Shown: positions 27,608-37,326 of the stretch, in pieces
Layout of the letters: each line of letters starts with the position of its first letter
How positions within the stretch are numbered: position 1 is the first letter of the stretch
From: an uncultured Acidimicrobiaceae bacterium
Lineage (GTDB): Bacteria; Actinomycetota; Acidimicrobiia; Acidimicrobiales; Ilumatobacteraceae
Assembly: GCA_903904615.1 (NCBI GenBank)
Contig: CAIVDG010000242.1
Span: forward strand, 1 to 46,707
Length of the DNA stretch: 46,707 bases
Direction of reading: 5' to 3'
Notes under the pieces: generated by a model
Database searches by the model: none
The model's input: the letters and a program-made list of their open reading frames with translations, nothing else
Told to the model about the DNA's origin: nothing
Position numbers and translations under genes: made by a program

Positions 27608-28066
27608 CTATCGGGAGAAGGGTTCTGGCCCCACAATTGCCGTCCCCACTCCCCCTGGGCCTACGAGCCGAGGCCGGCCGAGCCCCAATGCCCGCAGTGG
27701 CTCAACATGGGTTTCTCCCACACGAACACTAATGTAGGTGGTGTCTGCAGCCTGGCCGATGGGATCGCCCGCCACCAGCTCGTGACCTCCCTGCATCTCG
27801 GCCGGCAGTCCCGCTAGGCCTCCATACGTGACACGTACCGACGGCGCAACCCTTTGCACCACATACAACGTGTTGCCCACCTGACCCGCGAACTCCACCA
27901 CGCCCGACGCGGTGGCCACCACCGTGCGTCCTACCGCCGACTGAAGAGTGACCCCGCGATGACCCGCGCATCTCTCACACGCAGGAGCTTCGAACGACCG
28001 AAGAACTACCCCTGGTACCGGAACGATGCACGCCAAGCCAACTGCTCCGGCACACAGAAACTTCAT
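27608..28066 (-). CDS. Secreted M23 (LytM-domain) peptidase
   Basis: Signal-like [19 protein letters not shown], then HRGVTLQS...[11 protein letters not shown]...VRVTYGGL...GDPIG...[14 protein letters not shown], the M23 beta-barrel pattern. Position upstream of rpsB is conserved in actinobacteria. Confidence 0.8.
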   Translation of the reverse strand: MKFLCAGAVGLACIVPVPGVVLRSFEAPACERCAGHRGVTLQSAVGRTVVATASGVVEFAGQVGNTLYVVQRVAPSVRVTYGGLAGLPAEMQGGHELVAGDPIGQAADTTYISVRVGETHVEPLRALGLGRPRLVGPGGVGTAIVGPEPFSR

Positions 28067-28099
28067 GACGCAATGTGTGCGCGAAAACGAGATGAGCGG

Positions 28100-28852
28100 T
28101 TACGCCATACCCGCAGCTGCCAAACGGGAGCGCAACTGCAACACAGCCTTGGTGTGAATTTGCGATACACGACTTTCGGTCACGCCTAATGCATCGCCAA
28201 TTTCTGCCAAGGTCAAACCGTCTTCGTAATACAAAATAAGAATTGCTTGCTCACGTTCTGGCAGTCGAGAAATTTCTGCGCGCATTGCGTCGCGTAGTTC
28301 GCCTTCCTCCATGGCACGACCAGGCTGCAGATGTGCATCTGCTTCTGCCGGCGCATTGTCCATTGCAACGTGATCAAGCGGACCCACTGCACCAGCGGCA
28401 ATATCTGCCAACCACTTCTCTAGTTCTTCAACCGAGATCTGCAACTCCGATGCAATTTCCTCATCTGTTGGCGTGCGACCTAATTCATGTTCTAACTGAG
28501 CGATGGCATCTTGAACCGAACGAGAACGAGAACGAACTGAACGCGGCACCCAGTCGAGCGCTCGCAGCCCATCCAAAATCGCGCCACGAATTCGCGGCAC
28601 TGCGTATGTCTCAAATTTGAAACCTTGAGACGGGTCGAATTTGTCGATTGCGTTCATGAGCCCGAAGACGCCGGCACTCACCAAGTCTCCCGTGTCCACT
28701 GTTTTCGGTAGACCTGCCGCAAGACGGCCGGCAACAAACTTCACCAACGATGCGTAGTGAACAACAAGCCACTCGCGTGCGGTGACCTCTTGCGATTTAT
28801 GCCACGCTTCCCACGCAGAATCGATGGTGTATCGAATAGGACGAGCATTCAT
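28100..28852 (-). CDS. Sigma-70 family factor of the FliA/WhiG (sigma-28) type
   Basis: Region 2 (DLVSAGVFGLMNAIDKFDPSQGFKFETYAVPRIRGAILDGLR), region 3 and region 4 HTH (LTLAEIGDALGVTESRVSQIHTKAVLQLR). The ATG overlaps the xerC stop (ATGA at 28849-28852). Confidence 0.85.
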   Translation of the reverse strand: MNARPIRYTIDSAWEAWHKSQEVTAREWLVVHYASLVKFVAGRLAAGLPKTVDTGDLVSAGVFGLMNAIDKFDPSQGFKFETYAVPRIRGAILDGLRALDWVPRSVRSRSRSVQDAIAQLEHELGRTPTDEEIASELQISVEELEKWLADIAAGAVGPLDHVAMDNAPAEADAHLQPGRAMEEGELRDAMRAEISRLPEREQAILILYYEDGLTLAEIGDALGVTESRVSQIHTKAVLQLRSRLAAAGMA

Positions 28853-30165
28853 GCGCGCGGATGCGTTTCTGTATAAGCAAGTCGCAAACGTTCTTTACTG
28901 ACATGCGTGTATCGCTGTGTTGTTGCAGCATCGCTGTGACCTAAAAGTTCCTGAATAGAACGCGTATCTGCTCCGTTGTCCATGAGGTGAGTTGCAAACG
29001 AATGTCGCAAGGCGTGCGGATGTGTACCGCCGGCAATTCCTACGCGTTCGCATGCTTCATCTAAAAGACGCGCAACATCACGACGACCAACGGCGTGTCC
29101 ACGAGCGCTGAGGAAAAGCGCATTACCCGATGCCTCATCAACCACTTCATGACGAACCTGAAGCCACTGCTGAATGGCGTGAGTAGCAGGAACACTGAGT
29201 GGCACAATTCGTTCTTTCGAACCTTTACCAATGACTCGCAAAGTAGAACCATCGGACGAGACGCTTTGCAGATGCAGTGAGCACACTTCAGAAACGCGCA
29301 GTCCACTTCCATAGAGAATTTCCAAGACTGCGTGGTCGCGAGCGCGTCGCCATTCGGGCGCATTGGGATCTTCGCTTGTGACCAGTGCGAACACCGTTGC
29401 TTCATCGAGTGGGCGCGGAAGACGGCCTTTGGTCTTCGGCGTATGTACTGCTTCGGTGGGGTCAATTGTGCACAGCCCTTTACGAATAGCCCACAAGAAG
29501 TACCGACGTAACGCCGCAATTCGACGTGCCACGGTCCGTGACGTTGCCCCGCACTCATGAAGATGTGCAAGGTATGCACGTACATGATCTTTTGCGATGT
29601 CTTTTGGTGCGGCGGAGCTTTCTGAATCCAGCAACCATTCTGCAAAAAGCTCGACATCGCGTCGATACGCCGAACGCGTATTTGCTGCAGACGCCGTGAG
29701 CGATTGTTCAAACGATGCTGGCTGCCATTGCGAGAGACGGCTATCGCGAACCGGGCACTCACCTTTCAACGTGGTGGCGCTTGGCGAACTACACGCAGAA
29801 CACGAGGCGCTGTGAGATGCAATTACTCCTTTAGCGGGCGACACAAGAACCGTCTCGCCACGAGCCGGTTTGTGCGTGCGAACGAACCACGAAAAAAATG
29901 AAGCGACGGTGGCCAAGCGTTGCTCCACGGTCTCCACCGAGTATTCACGTTGTTCCAAACTGTGGATGTATTTCTCCACCATGTCCCGTGAAACGTGGGG
30001 CGCACCCGATGCACCCAACGCAATGAAATCAAGAAGTGCCCGAGACAGATCGGACCGACGAGTTTCGCGAAGTACATCGCCACAACTCAGTGAGCGAATG
30101 TGTTTGTCAAGTTCAAAGACAGAAAGATCGGCGCGCTTGTCACGTGTTGTGGCTCCGCCGCTCAT
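28849..30165 (-). CDS. xerC: Tyrosine recombinase XerC-like, with ~130-aa N-terminal extension
   Basis: Canonical core-binding domain (NTRSAYRRDVELFAEWL...TVARRIAALRRYFLWAIRKG) and catalytic domain (LYGSGLRVSEVCSL, HALRHSFATHL, LLGHSDAATTQRYTHV). Start set to ATG 30165 (438 aa), because the track start 30234 would overlap dprA by 46 nt. Confidence 0.85.
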   Translation of the reverse strand: MSGGATTRDKRADLSVFELDKHIRSLSCGDVLRETRRSDLSRALLDFIALGASGAPHVSRDMVEKYIHSLEQREYSVETVEQRLATVASFFSWFVRTHKPARGETVLVSPAKGVIASHSASCSACSSPSATTLKGECPVRDSRLSQWQPASFEQSLTASAANTRSAYRRDVELFAEWLLDSESSAAPKDIAKDHVRAYLAHLHECGATSRTVARRIAALRRYFLWAIRKGLCTIDPTEAVHTPKTKGRLPRPLDEATVFALVTSEDPNAPEWRRARDHAVLEILYGSGLRVSEVCSLHLQSVSSDGSTLRVIGKGSKERIVPLSVPATHAIQQWLQVRHEVVDEASGNALFLSARGHAVGRRDVARLLDEACERVGIAGGTHPHALRHSFATHLMDNGADTRSIQELLGHSDAATTQRYTHVSKERLRLAYTETHPRA

Positions 30166-30188
30166 GGCTCCACGGTAGTTCTCAGGAA

Positions 30189-31283
30189 CTACCGAGTGAG
30201 TGCCTCCCACCAACCATCGCTCTGCGCCACCCACCCCTGAGCTTCCAGTGAGCCCAGAGAAACTGCGACATCCACAACGGACATGCCAGCCAGAAGCGCA
30301 ACTTCATCCACAGTTCGAGGCAGATTCTCCATGACATCGAGAATGCGCAAACCAACCGCACTTGGAGGCGTTCGCCCGTCGTGGCCTTTGACGACACGCC
30401 GTGTATCTAGCCCGAGGGCGACCAACACATCGTCAACACACGTGACCGGCGCGCATCCGTCTCGCAACAGGTCGTTTGTTCCTTCACTTGGCTTGATGTG
30501 GGGCGAGCCCGGTACTGCCATCACCGTGATGTCGCGTTTCATTGCTTCGCGCACAGTTGTCATAGACCCACCTGTTGAGCGTGACTCGACAACGATGAGC
30601 ACTTCACTAAGCGCCGCCAAGATTCTGTTGCGTAATGGAAACTTGTATGGCTCTGGTGGAGCCCCTGGCGGAAACTCACTCAGAATGACGCCTCGTTCAA
30701 CAACGTTGCGCCATACCGATTCGTGTTCTCGCGGATACACAACATCGGGACCACCCGCCACCACCGCAATGGGAGGTGCACCACGTTCTGTTCGCAAAGA
30801 ACCCAGATGCGCTTCTACATCGATGCCGCGAGCCAAGCCCGACACCACACTCACATTCTCAGCGGTGAGTTGTTCGCCCAACACACGTGCAAAATGTCGA
30901 CCCGACTGAGTAGCAAGTCGTGTTCCAATAATGCCCACACGACGATGTGTAAACGGATGAAGTGTCCCTAGAGCGAACAACACCGCAGGTGCTCGGGGGT
31001 CTGAAATAAGCGGGTCGGGATACATGGCGTCCCCTCGAACGCACACATGAATGTTCTTGCTGCGACACAGGTCTTCCATTCGACGTGCGGCGTCTTGTTC
31101 CGTTGACCGCCACACGCTCATGACGTCAGCGCTCACTCCAGGCACAGGTGCCGACCTCTCTGTTATTGCATTCCACATCTCTTCTGGAGAGCCGAGAGAA
31201 AGAAGACGACGCAGCCGCGTGTGGGTCTGCAACGGCAGACCTGCCAACGCGGCGGCGTAGGCCCATTGAGGAACACCGGTCAT
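30189..31283 (-). CDS. dprA: DNA-processing protein DprA (Smf)
   Basis: Rossmann-like core RRVGIIGTRLATQSGRHFARVLGEQL...VVSGLARGIDVEAHLGSL...IAVVAGGPDVVYPREH and a C-terminal winged-helix region. Start set at ATG 31283, overlapping the yifB stop (ATGA). Confidence 0.9.
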   Translation of the reverse strand: MTGVPQWAYAAALAGLPLQTHTRLRRLLSLGSPEEMWNAITERSAPVPGVSADVMSVWRSTEQDAARRMEDLCRSKNIHVCVRGDAMYPDPLISDPRAPAVLFALGTLHPFTHRRVGIIGTRLATQSGRHFARVLGEQLTAENVSVVSGLARGIDVEAHLGSLRTERGAPPIAVVAGGPDVVYPREHESVWRNVVERGVILSEFPPGAPPEPYKFPLRNRILAALSEVLIVVESRSTGGSMTTVREAMKRDITVMAVPGSPHIKPSEGTNDLLRDGCAPVTCVDDVLVALGLDTRRVVKGHDGRTPPSAVGLRILDVMENLPRTVDEVALLAGMSVVDVAVSLGSLEAQGWVAQSDGWWEALTR

Positions 31284-32788
31284 GAGTGATGCACCACACC
31301 GGTTTCGAGTCGAGCACGGAGATGCAATGCCACACTGACCCATTGTTGCGAGATGACACCCGCATCGCCGTTCAGATCGGCCAATGTTCTCGCAACACGG
31401 CGCACGCGGTGATACCCGCGGCCGGTCAATGTTCCGTTGTCTAGATGATGACGCAAGAACATCAGAGCCTCATCGTCCAACGGAGCAACATCGTCCAGCA
31501 TGTCGCCAGTAATTGCGGAATTCACACAGCCTTGACGAGTGCGCGCAATGTTGTGCACACCAGCAACTCTCTCGGCCACCGCTTCACTGCATTCTCCTTT
31601 CGTCTCTCCCGTCAAGTCATTTGTGGATGGTCGGCTGAGATGAACACGTAAGTCGAACCTGTCGAGTAGCGGTCCACTGAATCTTCGCAAGTACCGCTGA
31701 CGGGCAACGGGAGCGCACTCGCAATTTGCGCGAATTGCCACACCACAGGGACACGGATTGGTTGCTGCTACCAATAGGCATTCAGCTGGCATCTCCACTC
31801 GGGAGTGAGCACGAGAGATATGCACGGTTCGTTCTTCCAACGGTTGCCGCAATGCATCGAGAACGCTAGGCGCAAATTCACCCATCTCGTCTAAGAACAA
31901 AACCCCGTGCGATGCCAGTGTGATCTCTCCGGGACGTATGTGTGCGGTTCCCCCACCCACCATTCCCACCATGGAAATACTGTGATGCGGCGCGCGGTAT
32001 GGAGGCGACGTTGCAAGTTCGGTCTGCACTGTCATCCCGGCAGCACTGCGAATCATGGCAACCTGAAATGCTTCCTCGTGAGTGAGACGTGGCAACAGAC
32101 CCGGTAATCGTTTTGCCAACATTGACTTGCCAGCACCTGGTGGACCGATCATCAACATGTGATGAAGCCCCGCAGCAGCAACTTCTAATGCCAACCTCGC
32201 TACTGGTTGTCCACGCACATCGGACAAATTTGGAACGTCGTCAATGACGACTCTTGGACTTTCTGCATCTACATCTGGCCACGGAGCTTCTGCACACAGT
32301 GCGGAGACAAGTTCGCACAACGAGCTCACTGCACGCACACGTGAAGGACGCGCAATGAGAGCTTCGTTCACTGCTGCTGCCGACACCACCACATCGTGGT
32401 CGGCAACCGAAGCAACCAATGGCGCAATACCTGGTGTGGTGCGCAATGACCCATCAAGACCCAGTTCGGCGATGAACGCAACGTTGTGTACGGCCTCGGC
32501 CGGAATTACTCCCGTTGCAACCAACAACCCAACCGCAATGGCAACATCGAGGCCGGCCCCTCCGCGGCGTTCTCCCGCGCCAGCCAAATTGATGGTGATT
32601 CGCCGATTCGGCCATTCGAGACCGCTCGACAACATGGCAGCACGCACTCGGTCACGCGATTCCCGGCAACCTTCGTCGGGCAGGCCCACCACGGTAAACG
32701 CAGGTATGCCAGGTCCAACGTGTGATTCCACAACGATGCGCGACCCGGATGTGCCTGTGAGCGTTGCAGATGTAATTGCTGCGAACAT
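31280..32788 (-). CDS. yifB: YifB/ComM family Mg-chelatase-like AAA+ ATPase
   Basis: N-terminal Lon-protease-like ChlI domain ([25 protein letters not shown]), Walker A [16 protein letters not shown], Walker B [10 protein letters not shown], C-terminal Mg_chelatase_C ([19 protein letters not shown]). Confidence 0.9.
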   Translation of the reverse strand: [502 protein letters not shown]

Positions 32789-32829
32789 GTGCAGTCCCCC
32801 TTGGGCTCACTTCTGAGATAATCGAGGGA

Positions 32830-33276
32830 ATGTGTACGAAGAGAGCCGCTGTACTGACATCTGTTCTCTTCAGTGCTCTCGCATTGGTGTCGTGTGGCGG
32901 ATCCGAACGGACAGGGTCAGCGTTCTGCGCTCAATTAGGCAAAGAGATTCCGGCAATCGCCCAACAGCCCACCACCATTGACCAGATCAGCGCAATGGTT
33001 GACCGCTACGAGCGGCTGCTGGAAAAGGCGCCACTGTCAATTGAGAAAGACTTAGCAGTGCTGACAGAACTGTTGCGCACCGCAGAAGATGTTGACCCCA
33101 ACAAGCCCGACGAAGTACAGACACTTGCTGACGCAACGTATGCCGCGAATCAGTCGGCGCTCGCGGTTCGAGACTGGATAAAGAGCACATGCGCTGTCGA
33201 CATAAGCACGGGGCTCAACATTGACCCGCCACGCCTTCCTACAACCACAGTTGTCGGAACCACAGTGGCTCCGTAA
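32830..33276 (+). CDS. Hypothetical lipoprotein
   Basis: MCTKRAAVLTSVLFSALALVSCGG has a signal peptide plus lipobox (LVSC). GAGGGA lies immediately upstream of ATG 32830. I recognise no family. The track start 32776 would overlap yifB. Confidence 0.6.
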   Translation: MCTKRAAVLTSVLFSALALVSCGGSERTGSAFCAQLGKEIPAIAQQPTTIDQISAMVDRYERLLEKAPLSIEKDLAVLTELLRTAEDVDPNKPDEVQTLADATYAANQSALAVRDWIKSTCAVDISTGLNIDPPRLPTTTVVGTTVAP

Positions 33277-33282
33277 TTTCGT

Positions 33283-33885
33283 TTAGCGAATTTCTCCGCG
33301 TCGCACGATGACCTTGTCCACGAGGCCGTAGTCCTTTGCCTCTTCGGCGGTGAACCAACGGTCGCGCTCGCTGTCGGCCTGAATTTCTTCAAGTGCACGA
33401 CCCGAGTGATGCGAGATGAGTTCGGCCATGCGGCGCTTTGTGAAACGAAGTTGTTCGGCCTGAATTGCGATGTCGGCGGCTTGACCACGAAGACCCGCAA
33501 GAGGCTGATGCATCATGATGCGCGCGTTGGGAAGTGTGTAGCGCTTGCCGGCTGCGCCAGCGGTAAGAAGGAACTGGCCCATGGAAGCCGCGAGCCCCAT
33601 ACACACAGTTGCAACGTCGCAACTTACGAACTGCATGGTGTCGTAGATGGCCATACCAGCGGTGACTGATCCGCCTGGGCTGTTGATGTACAACCAGATG
33701 TCTGCATTCGGGTCTTCACCCTCGAGATACAGGAGCTGGGCGCACAGGCTGTTTGCAATGTCGTCGTTGACGTCGGTGCCCAACATGATGACGCGATTCT
33801 TCAGCAATCGAGTGAAAATGTCTGCACGCGGGTCGCCCGCAGAATCGAGTGCAACGGGGGAAACAGGAAGACCAGAGGTGCTCAT
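33283..33885 (-). CDS. clpP: ATP-dependent Clp protease proteolytic subunit
   Basis: [20 protein letters not shown], catalytic Ser (GLAASMG), His (IMMHQPL) and Asp (DSERDRW). It stands alone here, with no adjacent tig, clpX or second clpP. Confidence 0.9.
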   Translation of the reverse strand: MSTSGLPVSPVALDSAGDPRADIFTRLLKNRVIMLGTDVNDDIANSLCAQLLYLEGEDPNADIWLYINSPGGSVTAGMAIYDTMQFVSCDVATVCMGLAASMGQFLLTAGAAGKRYTLPNARIMMHQPLAGLRGQAADIAIQAEQLRFTKRRMAELISHHSGRALEEIQADSERDRWFTAEEAKDYGLVDKVIVRRGEIR

Positions 33886-33922
33886 ACCTTCTGAAGGCTA
33901 CCTGCTCGGGCAGACTGTAACC

Positions 33923-34441
33923 GTGCCAGTTCCTGCCGACTTCTCCCCCAATGCCGACGACTTACTTGTCAACAACGCCGAATTCGTCCGTACCTTTCCC
34001 GATGCTGGGCTGGCCCTCACCCCACAGCGACACCTCGCAATCGTTGCATGCATGGACAGCCGAATGGACATCTTCCAAATGCTGGGCCTCGCTCACGGTG
34101 ATGCTCACATCATCCGAAATGCAGGCGGAGTTGTTACCGACGATGTTGTGCGATCGCTCGTTGTCTCGCAGCGGTTGATGAAGACGCAAGAGATTGTTCT
34201 CATCCACCACACCAATTGCGGTTTGCAGTCAGTCACAGAAGATGGCTTCAAACGCGAGATTGAAAAAGATTGCGGAATCAAACCATGGTGGGCAATTGAA
34301 ACCTTCAATGACCCGTACGAAGATGTTCGTCAGTCAATGGCGCGACTCGCTCACAGCCCATTCATTGTTTACAAAGACCACATTCGTGGATTTGTCTACG
34401 ACGTAGAGACGGGCGCGCTTGTTGAAGTCAGTGCCAACTAG
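33923..34441 (+). CDS. Beta-class carbonic anhydrase (Rv1284/CanA-like)
   Basis: HLAIVACMDSRMD, HIIRNAGGVVTDDVVRSLVVSQRL and VLIHHTNCG give the Cys-Asp-Arg...His-x-x-Cys zinc site. The track ORF start (33647) overlaps clpP on the other strand. GTG 33923 gives 172 aa and matches the Rv1284 N-terminal length. Confidence 0.85.
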   Translation: MPVPADFSPNADDLLVNNAEFVRTFPDAGLALTPQRHLAIVACMDSRMDIFQMLGLAHGDAHIIRNAGGVVTDDVVRSLVVSQRLMKTQEIVLIHHTNCGLQSVTEDGFKREIEKDCGIKPWWAIETFNDPYEDVRQSMARLAHSPFIVYKDHIRGFVYDVETGALVEVSAN

Positions 34442-35724
34442 CGCTGAACACCACTGAACACCACTACGACGCGTTCGTCGTCTTCAATGTTCTCGCGCAT
34501 CTCAAGCACTCCAGCAAGTCCGGCGCTGCCAGTTGGGCTCACATGAACATTGGTGAGTTCATTCGCCATGCGATGCGATGCAACCACGGAAAGTTCAGAC
34601 GCCACCACCGGTGAGCCTCCGGTGTCAGCCATGCCATCAAGCACGCCAATCCAGTCGTAGGTCTCATCATCGAGAATGCCATCAGCTAGCGACTGTGGTT
34701 CTGATTCCCATGGCCACATGCAAGAACTCCAACGGGGCCCAGCATTGCGCGCACCACCACTTGCCTGTGCGTTCTCCCATGCGCGCGCAAGTGGTGCGCA
34801 CCCTTCCGTTTGAACAGCGTGCAGTTTCGGATGAACACCAACCGACTTCAAGCTGCTTGCAACACATGATGCAAATGCTCCGCCGCCAACTTGAATGAAC
34901 ACGCGGTCAACACGGTTGTTCATTTGCTCCATGATCTCCCACCCAATAGTGCGGCCACCATCAAGACACCATGCATTTTCTGTTCCCTGAACACCAAATG
35001 GAATTGCTCCAGAGCTCACCACTTCGCGAAAGCGATACACACACGGGTCGCCAGCAGGGTCGGTATCTACACGCGGACACACGCGAATATCTGCGTTCAG
35101 CGATTGAAGCGTGGACACCACTTCATGCGCTGCTGCAACTGGTACGTGCACAGCAATTGGCCACGAGACGGCAGCGGCAATTGTTGATGCTGCAATCGCT
35201 GCATTTCCACACGATGCAATTGCTAACGGCGGTCTCTGCGCCAGAGATGACCATGGCGCTCTTCCAGCCTCTTCTGCCATCAGCAGGTGAATCATCTCCG
35301 TCACGAGATGTCGCGCTTTATGTGAGCCAGCAACATTGTGAGTCTCATCTTTCACCCAGATACCACCGACTGCGGAAAATCCAAGCGAATCCGACAGCGC
35401 ATTAGCTCGTTGTAACGGCGTGCGATGAAAGCCAACACCGCCAACGCGCACAATTGCGGAGTTCAGGTCTGAGATAATTCGAATTCGCGCATCTTCAGCC
35501 AGTCCGATGCTCTCGCCAAATGCGTCAACAGCAAGCCACTGTCGGTATGCCAAGAACGGATTCTCATCCGCACCCGGACGAAACGGACGAACATCGGAAA
35601 CGAATCGCAACACATGATGTCTGTCGTTGGCCGACGCATTCGGACAACGCCACGAAAATGGTGTGGAGATACTGACGTGAGCACCACACACAGAACATTC
35701 AAGTCCTGTGACAACGCCCGACAT
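34438..35724 (-). CDS. Fold-type II PLP-dependent enzyme, threonine-synthase-like, with N-terminal Cys-rich (zinc-ribbon-like) segment; function unknown
   Basis: CSVCGAHVSISTPFSWRCPN at the N-terminus. Candidate PLP-lysine motif HNVAGSHKARHL, glycine loop FIQVGGGAFAS, C-terminal SPTGSAGLAG. 428 aa. Lies 6 nt downstream of the next PLP gene. Confidence 0.7.
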   Translation of the reverse strand: MSGVVTGLECSVCGAHVSISTPFSWRCPNASANDRHHVLRFVSDVRPFRPGADENPFLAYRQWLAVDAFGESIGLAEDARIRIISDLNSAIVRVGGVGFHRTPLQRANALSDSLGFSAVGGIWVKDETHNVAGSHKARHLVTEMIHLLMAEEAGRAPWSSLAQRPPLAIASCGNAAIAASTIAAAVSWPIAVHVPVAAAHEVVSTLQSLNADIRVCPRVDTDPAGDPCVYRFREVVSSGAIPFGVQGTENAWCLDGGRTIGWEIMEQMNNRVDRVFIQVGGGAFASCVASSLKSVGVHPKLHAVQTEGCAPLARAWENAQASGGARNAGPRWSSCMWPWESEPQSLADGILDDETYDWIGVLDGMADTGGSPVVASELSVVASHRMANELTNVHVSPTGSAGLAGVLEMRENIEDDERVVVVFSGVQR

Positions 35725-35730
35725 GATGAA

Positions 35731-37266
35731 CTACTTCGATACTTTTGCAACGCGTGCGTTGAACTCGTTAATGAGTTCGTCCCACACAGGCGCATAGGCA
35801 CGAACCGAACGCCAGAAAGATTGCGAACGACGGGCCTCGAACACTTCGAGCGGAGTGCCCTGCTGTTCTACCCAGGTGTAGTAACCGAGGTTGAAGATGC
35901 GATTGCGATCTTGCTCTGTGCACTCGATTGTTGCGTCGGTGCCTACAGAACCAAGGTGTTCGCTGAACACTTCAGCAGCATCAATCTGAGTGAAGTCGTT
36001 ATTGAAACGAGACGCCAAAGTCTTGACGCGCTCACTGGGGTACAGCGCACTGCCGTCAGTTGCGACCGTGACAATGGCATCGTTCGCACCGAATCCGAGA
36101 AGTTTCGCGGTTTTGATTGCTGCCAACACGTTGCAGATTGACGAGAACCCGAAGTGAGTGAGCGCTTCAATTAACTCTGGGCTTGCGCCATGGCGCGTTG
36201 CCAAATACTTCTGACCCTCTGGGGTGTTGAAGAGCACATCCAGTTCATCTGTTGCCTTGTCTGAAATTCCAACAACAACATCTGTATTCATCACATTGTG
36301 AATAAGCGGAATGTGCTTGTCGCCAATTCCCTGAATGTTGTGTTCACCAAAACCGTTCTCCAGCATTGTGGGACATTCAAGAGCTTCAACGGCAACAATC
36401 TTTGTTCCGTAAATGTCCTTCAAGCGGTCACCGGCAGAAATGGTGCCGGCCGAACCAGTGGCCGATGTAAAGGCAGCCAATCGAAGTTCGGAGTATCCGT
36501 TTGCCTTCACGTGCTCGAACGCATGAGCAAGTGCACGACCAGTTACTTCATAGTGGCCGACGGGGTTTCCGAATTCACAGAACTGGTTCAGAATGAAGTT
36601 GCCTGGGTCTTTTGCCATCTCATTACAGGCGTCGTAAATTTCTTTGACGTTGCTCTCGGTGCCAGGAGTACGAACAATGTCTGATGGGTCGGCAACCCAC
36701 TTGTCCAACCAGTCGAAACGCTCTTTCGACATTCCAGCGGGCAGCACAGCAACTCCGCGTGAACTCATGAGACGACTAATAGCGATTCCGCCACGTGCAT
36801 AGTTGCCCGTAGACGGCCACACGGCGCGATGACGCGTGGGGTCGAATTGGCCAGTGATGACGCGTGGTGCAAAACATGAATACGCAGCAAGAACTTTGTG
36901 CGCCGTGATCATGGGAAAGCGGTCGCCGAACACAACAATGATGGGTGAGTCGATACCAGTGATAGACGATGGCAACACCACATGGTTCGGAACATCTACG
37001 CGGTCACCATTCAGGTCGTTGTACCAATGCACACGGAACAAGTTGCGAGGATCGGCTGCGTTCTTGTCGACCCCCTTCGTAATGTCGGCTGGGATTCGGT
37101 GCGGCTCAGCCAATTCCATGAATGTGGGGAGAACAATCTTTTGTTCCGCGAATCGGCGAATGCTGTTTTCGAGCGATGCCTCGTCGATGACATGGTCGGC
37201 AAGGCCGAGTTGTTCCTGGAGAACGGTGGCGTCAAGGGTTGAGTTCAAGGCAGTGGATGCAGTCAC
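35731..37266 (-). CDS. Fold-type II PLP-dependent enzyme, distant CysK/CBS-like with long N- and C-terminal extensions; function unknown
   Basis: [13 protein letters not shown] (candidate PLP lysine), [27 protein letters not shown] (phosphate loop) and [14 protein letters not shown] (compare the CysK motif HKIQGIGAGFIP). 511 aa. GTG start at 37266. Confidence 0.7.
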   Translation of the reverse strand: MTASTALNSTLDATVLQEQLGLADHVIDEASLENSIRRFAEQKIVLPTFMELAEPHRIPADITKGVDKNAADPRNLFRVHWYNDLNGDRVDVPNHVVLPSSITGIDSPIIVVFGDRFPMITAHKVLAAYSCFAPRVITGQFDPTRHRAVWPSTGNYARGGIAISRLMSSRGVAVLPAGMSKERFDWLDKWVADPSDIVRTPGTESNVKEIYDACNEMAKDPGNFILNQFCEFGNPVGHYEVTGRALAHAFEHVKANGYSELRLAAFTSATGSAGTISAGDRLKDIYGTKIVAVEALECPTMLENGFGEHNIQGIGDKHIPLIHNVMNTDVVVGISDKATDELDVLFNTPEGQKYLATRHGASPELIEALTHFGFSSICNVLAAIKTAKLLGFGANDAIVTVATDGSALYPSERVKTLASRFNNDFTQIDAAEVFSEHLGSVGTDATIECTEQDRNRIFNLGYYTWVEQQGTPLEVFEARRSQSFWRSVRAYAPVWDELINEFNARVAKVSK

Positions 37267-37326
37267 CTGACTAGTTTGCCACCGAAGACACCATCACCGT
37301 GCCTACGCAGGTACCCTCACAGGGTC

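Noticed and set aside
28849-30165. The tyrosine recombinase as the integrase of a mobile element or island
   Set aside because: It sits in the conserved actinobacterial yifB-dprA-xerC-sigma-M23-rpsB context. Its catalytic domain is XerC/D-like, and I saw no flanking direct repeats or phage/IS genes.
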